Source: an uncultured Planctomycetota bacterium (GTDB lineage Bacteria; Planctomycetota; Planctomycetia; Isosphaerales; Isosphaeraceae). From it: a DNA stretch of 64,000 nt. A program made the translations under genes and the position numbers. The stretch spans positions 1,248,001 through 1,312,000 of the forward strand of contig CAWGMQ010000004.1 in the NCBI GenBank assembly GCA_963823665.1. Reading direction: 5' to 3'. This document shows, piece after piece, positions 1-9,838 of this stretch. Under the pieces are notes generated by a model that did not search any database, had not been told where the DNA came from, and was given only the letters and a program-made list of their open reading frames with translations. Positions within the stretch are counted from its first letter, which is position 1. Every line of letters starts with the position of its first letter.

Positions 1-2577
1 GAAGAGTTGCTGCTGGACGCGCTGGCCGACTGGGACGCGCGCTTCCGCCTGGGAGAGGACCCGCCGGTTGAATCACTCGGGGTGATCGATCCCCGTCTCG
101 TCGACGAGCTGGCGCGGTGGATCGACCAGCAGAAGCGTCTCTACGCCATCATGGCGCTGCAAGAAACCGCGGTTGATGGGTACGTCGGAGCTCCGGAGAG
201 TCTCCCGGTGTTTCCCGGCCACGAAACGCTGGGCAAGATCGGACACGGGGGCATGGGGGTCGTTTACAAGGCCCGCGACCTGAAGCTGAGTCGTATTGTT
301 GCGATCAAGACGATCGCTGACATTCACGGTTCCGGCGGGTCTCGCTTCGGCCGGTTTCTGGCCGAGGCCGAAGCCGTCGCCCGGCTCAAGCATCCCAATG
401 TCGTTCCAATCTATTCCATCGCGGAGCACCAGGGGCGGCCTTATTTTTCGCTGGAATATGCCGACGGCGGAAGTCTGCTGGAACGATTGGCACAGGGGCC
501 GCAGAGCGCACGGCCCGCCGCTGAGCTGATCGAGGTGCTCGCTCACGCGGTTCACGCTGCTCACCAGGCTGGGATCGTGCATCGCGACCTGAAGCCGAGC
601 AACGTGCTGATCGCCGCCGGCGGCATTCCCAAGATCAGCGATTTCGGGCTGGCCAAGCTGCTTGATCGCGAATCGGTTCGAACGCTTACCGGTGAAACGC
701 TGGGAACGCCCAGCTACATGGCGCCTGAGCAGGCTTCCGGCCATTCGAGCACGGTTGGCCCTGGCGCCGATATCCACGCGCTGGGAGCGATCCTTTATCA
801 CGCCATGACGGGTCGCCCGCCGTTTCTCGGTGAGTCGCCGCTCGAGACGCTCGCTCTGGTGGTCGGCACGGAAGCGGTTCCCCCCCGCCGGCTGCGCCCG
901 GAGATACCACCGGACCTCGAAACGATCTGTCTGAAGTGTCTCGAAAAGACACCAGCGCGGCGATGTGCGACCGCCCTCGAGCTTGCCGAAGATCTCGAGC
1001 GGTTCCGGTTCGGGGTACCAGTCCGGGCTCGCCGGATCGGGCACGCTCAACGCGTCTTCAAGTGGGCCAGGCGTCATCCCTGGCAAACGGGGCTGGCCGG
1101 AACCATCGCTCTGGCCGCGGCGGCCGTGATCGGCCTGGTTTACTGGCACTTCAACGAGCTCCAGATCGAGATCGGCCGCACTCAGGCTAAGGCCGCCGAG
1201 GCCCGCCATCATTATGCGGAAGCCCGCGCAACGATCACCGAGATGCTTGCAAAGCTCGACGATCGCCAGGTTGCAGGCTCTCCGCGGCTGCTCAACCTGC
1301 GTCACAAGCAGCGGCAAGCCGCTCTCGAGTTTTTTCATCGCGTGCTGAGTGGGACCGACTCGAACGACCCGATGATCAGCCGCGACACAGCCTGGATGCT
1401 CAACCAGGCCTCGGCGCTCGAACATTCGCTCGGCCAGACCGAGGAGGCCGCGAGCTCGATGCGGCGAGCCATCGGCCTGCTGACGTGCGCGAGAGAAGCC
1501 GATCCGCAGAATCTCGGCCTGCTGAGAATGCACGTCGATTGCCTGCTCAAGCTCTGTGCCTACCTGAACGCGCTTGAGAAGCACGACCAAGCAAGCGCGG
1601 CCGGCCGGGAAGCGGTCGAGCTTGCCGAACAGGTTTTGAAGGCCGACCCGGAAAACGTGGAATGCCAGGAAGAGCTTGCCATGTGCCATCACAACCTTGC
1701 AACGGCGCTGACGGTCGCACGACGAACCGCGGAGGCCCTGGCCGAGGACGAGAGAGCAATCCAGATTCGTGAGCGCATTGATCCATTGCGGTTGCCCGGC
1801 GTGACCGAGCCGCTGGCCATGTCCCTCTCGAACCGCGGCGTGAAACGCTGGCACGCCGGCGAGCTCGCGGCCGCCGAGGCCGATTTTCGACGCGCGGCGG
1901 GACTTCTCGCCGTGCGCCCAGGCGGCATCGCAGAGGTTAACGACACGTCCACCGTCGCAACAGCCCAGGTGAACGCGTGCTGGTCGGGAATGCTGCTTAC
2001 GGCGGGACGGGCCGAAGATGCGATCGCACGCTCAGACGCGGGTCTGCTGGCGATCGAGGAGCCGCTTCGCAAGGAGCCCGACCACCATGAGCTCAAAGAC
2101 CTCGCCTTGAAACTCCACGGCAACCGCGCATATGCGCGAGAATCGCTCAACCAGCACCGCGAAGCTGCGGGCGATTGGGAGCACGTGGTGCAGCTCGCCG
2201 GAGAGCCGGTGCCCATAAGCTATCGGGTTCATCTCGCGATCGAGCTGCTGCAGAGCGGCGAGCTTGCGCGTGCCTTGGCACAAGCCCGGTTCCTCAAGCC
2301 CTCGGCGGAAATCCACGGTGCTGACAGTTACAACCTCGCGTGCCTCTACGGCCTGCTTGGTTCGAACGCGCAGAAGGATCCGCAAATGCCGGCCGCTGAG
2401 CGTACGCGCCTCGTCGAGTCTTACGTCACCCAGGCCCTGGCCTGGCTCAAGTGTGGTGCGGACAGCGGTTTCTTCAATGACCGGGCGATACGCGAGCACG
2501 CGCGGAAGGATCCGGACCTTTCGATCCTCTGGCAGCGGCCCGAGTTCCAGACGCTGATCGAACCGCCGGCGAAATGA
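1..2577 (+). CDS. Ser/Thr protein kinase with TM segment and TPR-like C-terminus (5' end probably outside the window)
   Basis: GHGGMGVVY, VAIK, HRDLKPSN, DFGLAK and GTPSYMAPE motifs; TM segment after RRHPW; C-terminal YNLAC...DPDL tail; frame is open at base 1. Confidence 0.93.
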   Translation, partial: EELLLDALADWDARFRLGEDPPVESLGVIDPRLVDELARWIDQQKRLYAIMALQETAVDGYVGAPESLPVFPGHETLGKIGHGGMGVVYKARDLKLSRIVAIKTIADIHGSGGSRFGRFLAEAEAVARLKHPNVVPIYSIAEHQGRPYFSLEYADGGSLLERLAQGPQSARPAAELIEVLAHAVHAAHQAGIVHRDLKPSNVLIAAGGIPKISDFGLAKLLDRESVRTLTGETLGTPSYMAPEQASGHSSTVGPGADIHALGAILYHAMTGRPPFLGESPLETLALVVGTEAVPPRRLRPEIPPDLETICLKCLEKTPARRCATALELAEDLERFRFGVPVRARRIGHAQRVFKWARRHPWQTGLAGTIALAAAAVIGLVYWHFNELQIEIGRTQAKAAEARHHYAEARATITEMLAKLDDRQVAGSPRLLNLRHKQRQAALEFFHRVLSGTDSNDPMISRDTAWMLNQASALEHSLGQTEEAASSMRRAIGLLTCAREADPQNLGLLRMHVDCLLKLCAYLNALEKHDQASAAGREAVELAEQVLKADPENVECQEELAMCHHNLATALTVARRTAEALAEDERAIQIRERIDPLRLPGVTEPLAMSLSNRGVKRWHAGELAAAEADFRRAAGLLAVRPGGIAEVNDTSTVATAQVNACWSGMLLTAGRAEDAIARSDAGLLAIEEPLRKEPDHHELKDLALKLHGNRAYARESLNQHREAAGDWEHVVQLAGEPVPISYRVHLAIELLQSGELARALAQARFLKPSAEIHGADSYNLACLYGLLGSNAQKDPQMPAAERTRLVESYVTQALAWLKCGADSGFFNDRAIREHARKDPDLSILWQRPEFQTLIEPPAK

Positions 2578-2617
2578 TCAGGCACTCGCAAACGCGGGCG
2601 GCTCTTCGAGTGTGGCG

Positions 2618-3155
2618 CTAACCGGCTCGACCGCCCCACGCTCGACGGGGGCGGAGCCCGGCGATCGCATAGAGGCCGATCGGCAGGATTGGCCAGGCGA
2701 TCCAGGGGATCATCTGCTGCCAGCGAGGCGGCGTCGGGGCCACCTCGACATCGAACGCGACCGGCTGCGAGGGATCGATCTCGCCGACCGATACTTCGAT
2801 GTGCCAGAGGCCGCCCTCGGAAAGCTCAAGCCTTGCCGCACGCAAAAGCTTGTTCGTCGCCGCTTCGGTCGTGGCCGGCATCCGGAGTCCGAATTCCCCG
2901 CCCCCGACCCGCCCCGCGCAGCACCTCGATCGGCACATCCGTGATTGGTCTGCCCGTTTCGGCGTCCAGCAAGAGCACGCTCAGATCGACCTGCCCCGCG
3001 CACAGCGACGCGGGCGCCGTGAACACCGAGATCGACCAGTCGCCGCGACAGCCGGAGAACCTCAACGTGCCTCCGTCACCGAGCGCGGGAGCCGAGGCAA
3101 CGCCCAGGCACAGGCAAATCGTCGCAAGCGCAATACCCAGTTCCTTCTTCCTCAT
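2618..3155 (-). CDS. Exported YtkA/FixH-like protein with C-terminal membrane anchor (frameshifted near 2900-2940)
   Basis: Signal peptide MRKKELGIALATICLCLGVASAPALG in ORF 2826..3185 joins the GLWHIEVSV...WIAWPILPIGLYAI part of ORF 2618..2938; last gene of the oxidase operon; YtkA resemblance is by eye only. Confidence 0.55.
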
Positions 3156-3159
3156 GCAT

Positions 3160-5505
3160 TCACCCCGCCATCTGCATCGTTCCACGCATTTGCATCGGTT
3201 GAAAAACTATCCAGATACCCGCGGCAAACAAAAGCGCGATCAAGATTGCCCAGGGCGCGAACGCACGAAATGGTCGCGTCACGCGGTGGACCTCTGAGTG
3301 CGCGATGCGATGGGCCGTGTAAAGCGAGAGCAGCAGACCAAAGTCGAGGCAGACAATCTCAAACCGCAGCAGCCAGCCCGGCGCTGGAATGCACGCGGCG
3401 CAGCTCCAATCAACGGGGCCGAGACCCGCCCAACCCCGTTCGGCCAGAAATCGCTGCACTGCCGGAATCACGCCTTCGTAGCTCGTCACGAGGTGGAAGC
3501 TGTAGTGTGCCAGCCACATACCAAACCCGAGTGGAACAAGCGCATAGCTGAATCGCGTCGCCAGCGCGATCCACCCCTCGTTCGAACAACTCCACAACCG
3601 CGAGACAGCCGTCGTGGCGCCAATGATCGAGAGAGGTATCACGACCAGTGCCAGCAAACAGAGAACGGTCGTTGCAACGAAACTCGAACGGAGCGGGATA
3701 ACGGCCGCGAAGCGACTTTGGAGATCCGAGAGCGGCGCCGTCATCAATGCCGCATTGGCGAATGCACCGCTGACGAGGACGACAACGAGCGCGGCCAGAT
3801 CGAGCCGCCGGCTGAACCGTCCGACCCCGGAACGGCGCGGATCGCGCCAGAGCGCGGCGCCGGGCACGCCCGCGATGATACCGACGTTGTCGTGCGGGCA
3901 GACATGAACGCAATCCAGGCAGAACGTGCAATCCATGTTGCTCGACTTCCGCGGCTGGTAGAGGCCCAGCTCGCAGCCCGGAATTTCGCCGGTCCCGCGG
4001 ATGCATTCCTTGGTGCGGCAGGATGAGCAAACATCCGGCTGGCGCACCTTGACCTCCAAAGGCGAGACGAGCGATTGCACGAAGTTGAACTGGCCGATCG
4101 GACAGACATATTTGCAGAAGGATGCGCCGCGAAACAGACCGTCGATCAGAAACGCAGCGCCGAAGTAAGCCAGAACAATCGCGGCCGTGAGAAATGGGCT
4201 GTCCCAGAGGGCAAATGCCTCGTAGGCCCAAAGAAAGATAGCGAGCAGCACGACCGCCGGCCATTTGTTCCTGAGCCACGGCGGCCAGGGGCGAGTCGCC
4301 GTCCTGAAGCGCCGCGCGATCGCCCGCGGCAGCATGAAAGGGCATGCCATGCAGAAGACATTGCCCGTGGCCAGCAGCCCCAGCACCACGAGTCCGCGCC
4401 AGTGAATCCAGGGCAGGATCCCCGCCAGATTCATGCCGGCGACCGGCGGTCCGAACATTCCATCGAAGACGATCGCGATCGCGAGCAAAAGAAGCGGAAG
4501 CTGCAGGCAAACCCGAGCGTGCCGCCACCTGAGAAACCGACCGAGTATCGGCACGCGCAGGAGATCGAACGGCGCCGGCCCGGCCCGACGGGGGGGCTGA
4601 CCGATGATCGGCAGCGAAAGGCGCGTCGGTAAGGCAGAACGCCGCCTGGCGCGCTGCGGCATTGACTTTACCTGCTGGTGTGGCCTGCGGGCATCGCCAA
4701 ACAGAAGCCGGACCCCGATCACGAAGAGCGGAAGCAGGTAAACCAGGGATCCCGGCACCCACATGAGCACTCCGGCGGCAGCTTGATCGTCCAGGGCAGA
4801 AAAATTTCCAAGCCGTGGACGGGAGGCGTAATACGAGTAAAGAGGTGCATCCGAGAATGTCAGCCAGGCGGCAAGAAGCGTGTTCTGCACGTCGGCCAGG
4901 ATCAAGTACGGGATGAGCAGCCACGGCGACCACCGCGGGCGACTGGGAAAAGGCCGGATGACCGGGAACCAGAACAACAGCCCCGTGACCAGAAAACAGA
5001 TGTGCTGAAAATAATGCCATGTGTCAGAGGCAAGCGCAAGCTGATACGTTGGTGGAAGGTGCCAGATCCAGGTTGCCGCCGTGAACAGCAGCCATGCCGG
5101 CAGCGGTTCCGCGAGCCACTGGAATGCGCGGCGCAGGTTCCGCGAACGAACGAACGGGCCAACCCAGGCTGTCCGGATCGACCGTGGCAGCCCCAGCAGA
5201 AGCGGGAACAGGGGGGCGCCCAGCCAGAGCAGGGGGGGCGCGATCATCATGAGCAACACGTGTTGCAGCATGTGCACTTGCAGCAGCAACGCGGTGAACG
5301 GTTCGATCGGCGAGGCGACTGCCAGAAAGAGCGTGCCCAGACCAAGGCCGAAAGCAATGAGCCTGGCAGCCGGCCATCGATCCGGATCACGGCGATGCAG
5401 CACGCGCCAGCCGCGCAGGTACACGACGGCCGTCACCAGCAGCGAGGCGAGCACCCACGGCTCGAACGGCCAGGATCGCATGACGGCTTCGAACGTGGGG
5501 TCCAT
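3160..5505 (-). CDS. ctaG: Fusion of caa3-type CtaG copper-assembly domain and membrane polyferredoxin (CcoG/NapH/YccM-like)
   Basis: N-half HMLQH, HYFQH and DQAAAGVLMW; C-half FCMACP, FCKYVCP, CSSCRTKEC and CTFCLDCVHVCP plus many TM helices, all in one uninterrupted ORF. Confidence 0.85.
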   Translation of the reverse strand: MDPTFEAVMRSWPFEPWVLASLLVTAVVYLRGWRVLHRRDPDRWPAARLIAFGLGLGTLFLAVASPIEPFTALLLQVHMLQHVLLMMIAPPLLWLGAPLFPLLLGLPRSIRTAWVGPFVRSRNLRRAFQWLAEPLPAWLLFTAATWIWHLPPTYQLALASDTWHYFQHICFLVTGLLFWFPVIRPFPSRPRWSPWLLIPYLILADVQNTLLAAWLTFSDAPLYSYYASRPRLGNFSALDDQAAAGVLMWVPGSLVYLLPLFVIGVRLLFGDARRPHQQVKSMPQRARRRSALPTRLSLPIIGQPPRRAGPAPFDLLRVPILGRFLRWRHARVCLQLPLLLLAIAIVFDGMFGPPVAGMNLAGILPWIHWRGLVVLGLLATGNVFCMACPFMLPRAIARRFRTATRPWPPWLRNKWPAVVLLAIFLWAYEAFALWDSPFLTAAIVLAYFGAAFLIDGLFRGASFCKYVCPIGQFNFVQSLVSPLEVKVRQPDVCSSCRTKECIRGTGEIPGCELGLYQPRKSSNMDCTFCLDCVHVCPHDNVGIIAGVPGAALWRDPRRSGVGRFSRRLDLAALVVVLVSGAFANAALMTAPLSDLQSRFAAVIPLRSSFVATTVLCLLALVVIPLSIIGATTAVSRLWSCSNEGWIALATRFSYALVPLGFGMWLAHYSFHLVTSYEGVIPAVQRFLAERGWAGLGPVDWSCAACIPAPGWLLRFEIVCLDFGLLLSLYTAHRIAHSEVHRVTRPFRAFAPWAILIALLFAAGIWIVFQPMQMRGTMQMAG

Positions 5506-5522
5506 CGCGCGTCTCGATCAGG

Positions 5523-6980
5523 TTACGGTTGGGCCACGGCGGCCGGTCGGGCCGCGTCGCGACCCGGCGGCCGCAAGCTCACCAGGAAATCAACGAGCGC
5601 GGTCATTTCGGCTGGGCGGATCTGCTTGCCGTATGCGGGCATGTTGCCGCCTCCGGGCGTTCCGTTCGAGATCTGATCGATCAACTGGTCGCGGGTGAGC
5701 CGCGTGCCGACGCCGCTCAATTCAGGCCCGCGACGCCCGCCCGAGCCCTCGAGCGCATGACAGTTTCGACACTGCTTGTTCTGGAGTACAACCGCTCCCT
5801 GAAGCTGCAGCGGCGAGCACGCCCTCACAAGCTCTTCCGGCACCGGGTCGCTGCTCCAAGCGCCCATCACCGGCGACCAAGGCTCGGTGGCACCGTAGTA
5901 AGTGAGCACCGCCAGCACGGTGCCAATCAGCACGACCGACAGGACCGCAACCGGCCGCCGGCTCGGAGCGCGTTCCCCGCGATTGGAGATGAAAGGCACC
6001 AGGAACAACGCGCAAAGCAAAACCACCGGCAACCCCAGGATGATGAGCGTTTCTGCACTCGGCGGGCTCAGGGAAAGCAGAGCAAACAACCACAGAAACG
6101 GCCAATCGGGCTTGGGATTCGCCCCAGTCAAAGCGGGCTCCGGCAAGTCGCCCGGCCCCTTGGGCCCGACGATCGCCGCCAGCAAAACCACTACGATTGT
6201 CGTCAAAGCCGAGAAGAGCGCGTCCTTGAGCATCGCTTCACCGAAAAACGGAACGCCGCGCTCGTGGAGCTCTTTCTCGTATTCCGGCTGATAAGTCGCA
6301 GGATCGACGATCTCGCCGGGCACCGGCGGTGCGCTGATTCCGCGTTTCAACACCAGCCAGAGATGCAAGCCGAGCAACCCGAGCAGCGAGCCCGGAATAA
6401 TAAAGACGTGCAGCGCGAAGAACCGGCTCAGCGTATCCGAGCCGATGATCGGACCGCCCAGCATCAAATCGACCACGTATGGTCCGATGACCGGCACTCG
6501 ACCGGCCATCGATGCCCCGACCCCGACACCCCAGTAGGCGTCGGCATCCCAGCGCATGACCTGACCGGTGAACGCCATTCCCACCGTCAGGAGCAGCAGA
6601 ACCACGCCCGAGAGCCAGTTCAACTCGCGTGGATACTTGAAAGCCCCATGCAGAAAAACCTGCGTCATGTGCACGACGACCATGACCACCATGGCCGAGC
6701 TGGACCAGTAGTGCAGCGAGCGGAGGAACCAACCGAACGGCTGGTGTTCATTCAAGTAAACGAGGCTCGCATACGCCTCACTCGTGGAGGGAACGTAGAC
6801 GAGCGCAAGCCCGATGCCGGTCAGTATTTGAATCATGAGCAGCGTCATCGAAGCACTGCCGAAGACATACCACCAGCCCATCGGACCGGCAGCCCCGCGC
6901 GGTATGGGATGCAAGAGCATCGGGCCAACCGCTTCGCGGAGATTCAGTCGGGATTCGAACCACTGCAGCAGTCGCTTCAT
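5523..6980 (-). CDS. qcrB: Cytochrome b of a Rieske/cytochrome b complex with fused C-terminal monoheme cytochrome c
   Basis: GWFLRSLHYW, VHMTQVF, YPRELNW and RFFALH; Qo-position motif PDWP; CRNCH and MPAY near the C-terminus. Confidence 0.93.
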   Translation of the reverse strand: MKRLLQWFESRLNLREAVGPMLLHPIPRGAAGPMGWWYVFGSASMTLLMIQILTGIGLALVYVPSTSEAYASLVYLNEHQPFGWFLRSLHYWSSSAMVVMVVVHMTQVFLHGAFKYPRELNWLSGVVLLLLTVGMAFTGQVMRWDADAYWGVGVGASMAGRVPVIGPYVVDLMLGGPIIGSDTLSRFFALHVFIIPGSLLGLLGLHLWLVLKRGISAPPVPGEIVDPATYQPEYEKELHERGVPFFGEAMLKDALFSALTTIVVVLLAAIVGPKGPGDLPEPALTGANPKPDWPFLWLFALLSLSPPSAETLIILGLPVVLLCALFLVPFISNRGERAPSRRPVAVLSVVLIGTVLAVLTYYGATEPWSPVMGAWSSDPVPEELVRACSPLQLQGAVVLQNKQCRNCHALEGSGGRRGPELSGVGTRLTRDQLIDQISNGTPGGGNMPAYGKQIRPAEMTALVDFLVSLRPPGRDAARPAAVAQP

Positions 6981-6989
6981 TGCCGATCC

Positions 6990-7509
6990 TCAAGCCTTAT
7001 CCGACTCCTGGAGAACATTCTGCAAAGTCGGCAGGTGGGGCGCCTGGATCTCCAGGTTTCCCTCGCGAATTCGCCACGCGCACGTGAACAACCCGCGCGT
7101 CGGCGGGCCCGAAGCGCGCTGGCCGTCTTCGTAGTAGACACCGCCATGACAAGGGCACATGAATAGCCCGGATTGCGGAAACCACGTAACGGGGCAACCA
7201 AGGTGCGCGCAGTTCATGGCGAACACCAGAAATTGATCGTCTCCAAGATTCCGCACGTACACGCCCATCCGAGCGGCCATGCCATCCCAGGGCGTGCCTA
7301 GCGGATTGTCGAATGTCTTGAGCCGCGTTTCATCAGGTGCGAATGCAGTTACCGGGCCCAGGTTGATCCATTCGACCGTTCGCTTCCTGATCGCTCCCAG
7401 GAGATAGCCGACGAAGGGAATCGCCACGAGCACGCCGCCAATCGCGCCGATCGCGAATGTGATCCATTTGAGGAACCCGCGCCTGTTGCCGTGTCGAGTT
7501 TTGGGTCAT
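6990..7509 (-). CDS. qcrA: Rieske iron-sulfur subunit with Tat-type anchor (start probably frameshifted)
   Basis: CAHLGC and CPCHGG boxes; in-frame upstream NRRGFLKW twin-arginine sequence; ATG at 7509 is one base out of frame. Confidence 0.9.
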
Positions 7510-7512
7510 GTC

Positions 7513-8289
7513 TCATTTCCCTGTCGGTTTGACCGTCGGCCCGACGCTCTCTCTCCACGAACCCAGCAATGACACCAGTTCCGTGACTTCCTGAGAGGTC
7601 AGCGGCTTAAATCCATCCGGTCGGCCCGTGCCGTCGCTGCTGTCAGGCATTCCCAGATCGGGACGGCCGGTGATGATCAGCCGGCGCACGGCCTGGTCGC
7701 TCAAGAGCGCGACGAAGTCCGGATCGTGAATGGCCCCGGCGGTCTTGCTCCCCTCGCCCTGGTCGCCGTGACAGGATGCGCACGCTCGCGCAAAGACCTT
7801 CCACCCGGCGTCGCTCGAACTGTCGCGATCGGGCCCGCCCGGTTCCGCTCGAAGTGGAGGTGTGCCCGCCGGAACCGGCTCGGGTGTCCCCCAGTGTGAC
7901 TTGATCCCCTGCGCAAGAACCAGGACTTGCTCGGCCGTCAGTTGGCCTCCGCTGCTCTGCGCAAATGCCGGCATCAGCGTACCAGGGCGTCCTGCCGCGA
8001 TGATGAGCCGCAGGTCGTCTTCGGAGATCAGGCTCCGGAAGAGTTTGTCGTTGAGCGGCGGGGCCGGTCCAAGCTTGCCCAGCAGCCCATGGCAACCGGC
8101 ACAATTCCGACGATAAAGGACGTCGAATGACCATTCGTTCTGTGACGCCAGCGCTCGATCGGCCGCTTTGGGCCGGCCCGGGAGATCACATCCACTTGTG
8201 CAGATAAAGAGGAGTGCGCACGGAACATGCCAGGAGCGAAATGGATGACCGGGACAGCGAGACTTGCGCGCTGCAAGCTCACAACTCAC
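7513..8289 (-). CDS. Diheme cytochrome c, probable lipoprotein
   Basis: CAGCH...MPAF and CASCH...GMP; hydrophobic stretch ending TSGC (lipobox-like). Confidence 0.88.
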   Translation of the reverse strand: MSCELAARKSRCPGHPFRSWHVPCALLFICTSGCDLPGRPKAADRALASQNEWSFDVLYRRNCAGCHGLLGKLGPAPPLNDKLFRSLISEDDLRLIIAAGRPGTLMPAFAQSSGGQLTAEQVLVLAQGIKSHWGTPEPVPAGTPPLRAEPGGPDRDSSSDAGWKVFARACASCHGDQGEGSKTAGAIHDPDFVALLSDQAVRRLIITGRPDLGMPDSSDGTGRPDGFKPLTSQEVTELVSLLGSWRESVGPTVKPTGK

Positions 8290-9156
8290 CTCCGCCCGTG
8301 CCGGGCGCCGGTGAACCTTTCAGCGAGCTCGGCCCACTTCCGGCCGGGGGCACGAGGACTTTTTGCGTTCGCACGACGACGATCGACATGGCCAACCCAT
8401 AAACCGCCTGGGAGACGACAAACCAGAACCAGTCGACGTGACGCTGTAGCGCAGGGTTGATGATCCCCATGAACCCGTGACAGAGGCCCGTCCACAGCAG
8501 AGGCATGAGTACCCCGCCGGCGATCACCGGGCCGCCCGGCACGGGAGGAAGAGTCGGCGACACGACGCCAAACAGAAGACCGAACGTCGCGGAGAACGTG
8601 GCGTGGACGACGATCGCAACGATCAGAGCACCCACCTGGAACTGCTCGAGCTGGGAAACGCTCTCGCCGGTGATGCCGGGAACGACGATACCCGCCAGGA
8701 GGTTGATCGGGAACCAGATGCCGTGGCCGCTCAAAACACCATAAATCGAGCGCGGGAATGGGCATCACCAGCCCACCCACAATGACCGCCTTTGACGCCG
8801 GCCGAGATCGGATGGAACGCCTCGGGAAGCTGAAACCGATATCCCGCCATGCCGGGACGAAGCTGGTCCACCGTGCCGAGCTGGCCGACGATGGGGCCCG
8901 CACGAAGCTCCGGCGAGACCAGCGGCTCGTGCAAATGTCCACGCCCCGGTAGTAACTGGCCGATCCAGCCGCAGAGCCCCAGCACAAACAATGCGGCACC
9001 GACGAAGGACAGAGCAAGATTCGTCGCCCATCCCGCGCCCAGCATCGTGAGTCCGAGAGCCACCACGATCGGCCAGACCGTCGCCTGCGGCATCTCGACC
9101 GCTTTCGCTGAGCCGTGTTCGGGCGAGCCCGGAGGTTCTGGGCTGGTATCGGTCAT
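8279..9156 (-). CDS. Polytopic membrane protein with N-terminus resembling oxidase subunit IV (frameshifted)
   Basis: ORFs 8731..9156 (MPQATVWPIVVALG...), 8286..9017 (GGLVMPIPA) and 8279..8734 join into one multi-TM protein between coxC and the cytochrome c gene. Confidence 0.6.
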
Positions 9157-9223
9157 GCCACGTCAATCTCCAAGGCCTCGCCTCGAATCAGCAAATGACT
9201 TCGTGAACGAAACATGTGCCCCA

Positions 9224-9838
9224 CTAACGCCCAACCAGATACACGAGCGTGAACACAACCAGCCAGACAGCATCCACAAAATGCCAGTACCACGAAACAA
9301 CTTCCACCGCGGTGTTTCCGGCGGTGATCAGGTTCTTGACACCCAGGCCGAAGATGATGCTCATCACCATCACACCAATCGAAACGTGCAGGGCGTGAAA
9401 GCCGACCAGGGTGAAATACGTCGTTCCGAACAGGTTGCGACTGATGGTGAGCCCCCACTTGCCGATCAGGTCGCTCCACTCCCACATCGTGCCTCCCAGA
9501 AAGAGCGCTCCCAGAACAATGGTCAAGCCCCACCACTTGAGAAACGTGCCATTCCGGCCCCGAGAGAGAGCCTTCTCCGCCAGATGAATCGTCGCGCTGC
9601 TCGAAAAGAGACACGCCGACGCGGCAAGAACCATCGGCAAACGGAAAACCTCGCTCGGCTTGGGATTGCCCGAAGTACTCTGAGAGAGAAAATACACATA
9701 CGCCATGATCAGCGTGCCGAAGAACGAAGCCTCCGAGATGAGGAACGCGATCATGCCGGTTTTCGCGGGAGGCAGCGCAGCATGGCCCTCGACTATCGCA
9801 CGCGGCTGAGCAAACGGCAGCGGATAATCATTACTCAT
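9224..9838 (-). CDS. ctaE: Cytochrome c oxidase subunit III
   Basis: [19 protein letters not shown] and [10 protein letters not shown] motifs. Confidence 0.95.
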   Translation of the reverse strand: MSNDYPLPFAQPRAIVEGHAALPPAKTGMIAFLISEASFFGTLIMAYVYFLSQSTSGNPKPSEVFRLPMVLAASACLFSSSATIHLAEKALSRGRNGTFLKWWGLTIVLGALFLGGTMWEWSDLIGKWGLTISRNLFGTTYFTLVGFHALHVSIGVMVMSIIFGLGVKNLITAGNTAVEVVSWYWHFVDAVWLVVFTLVYLVGR

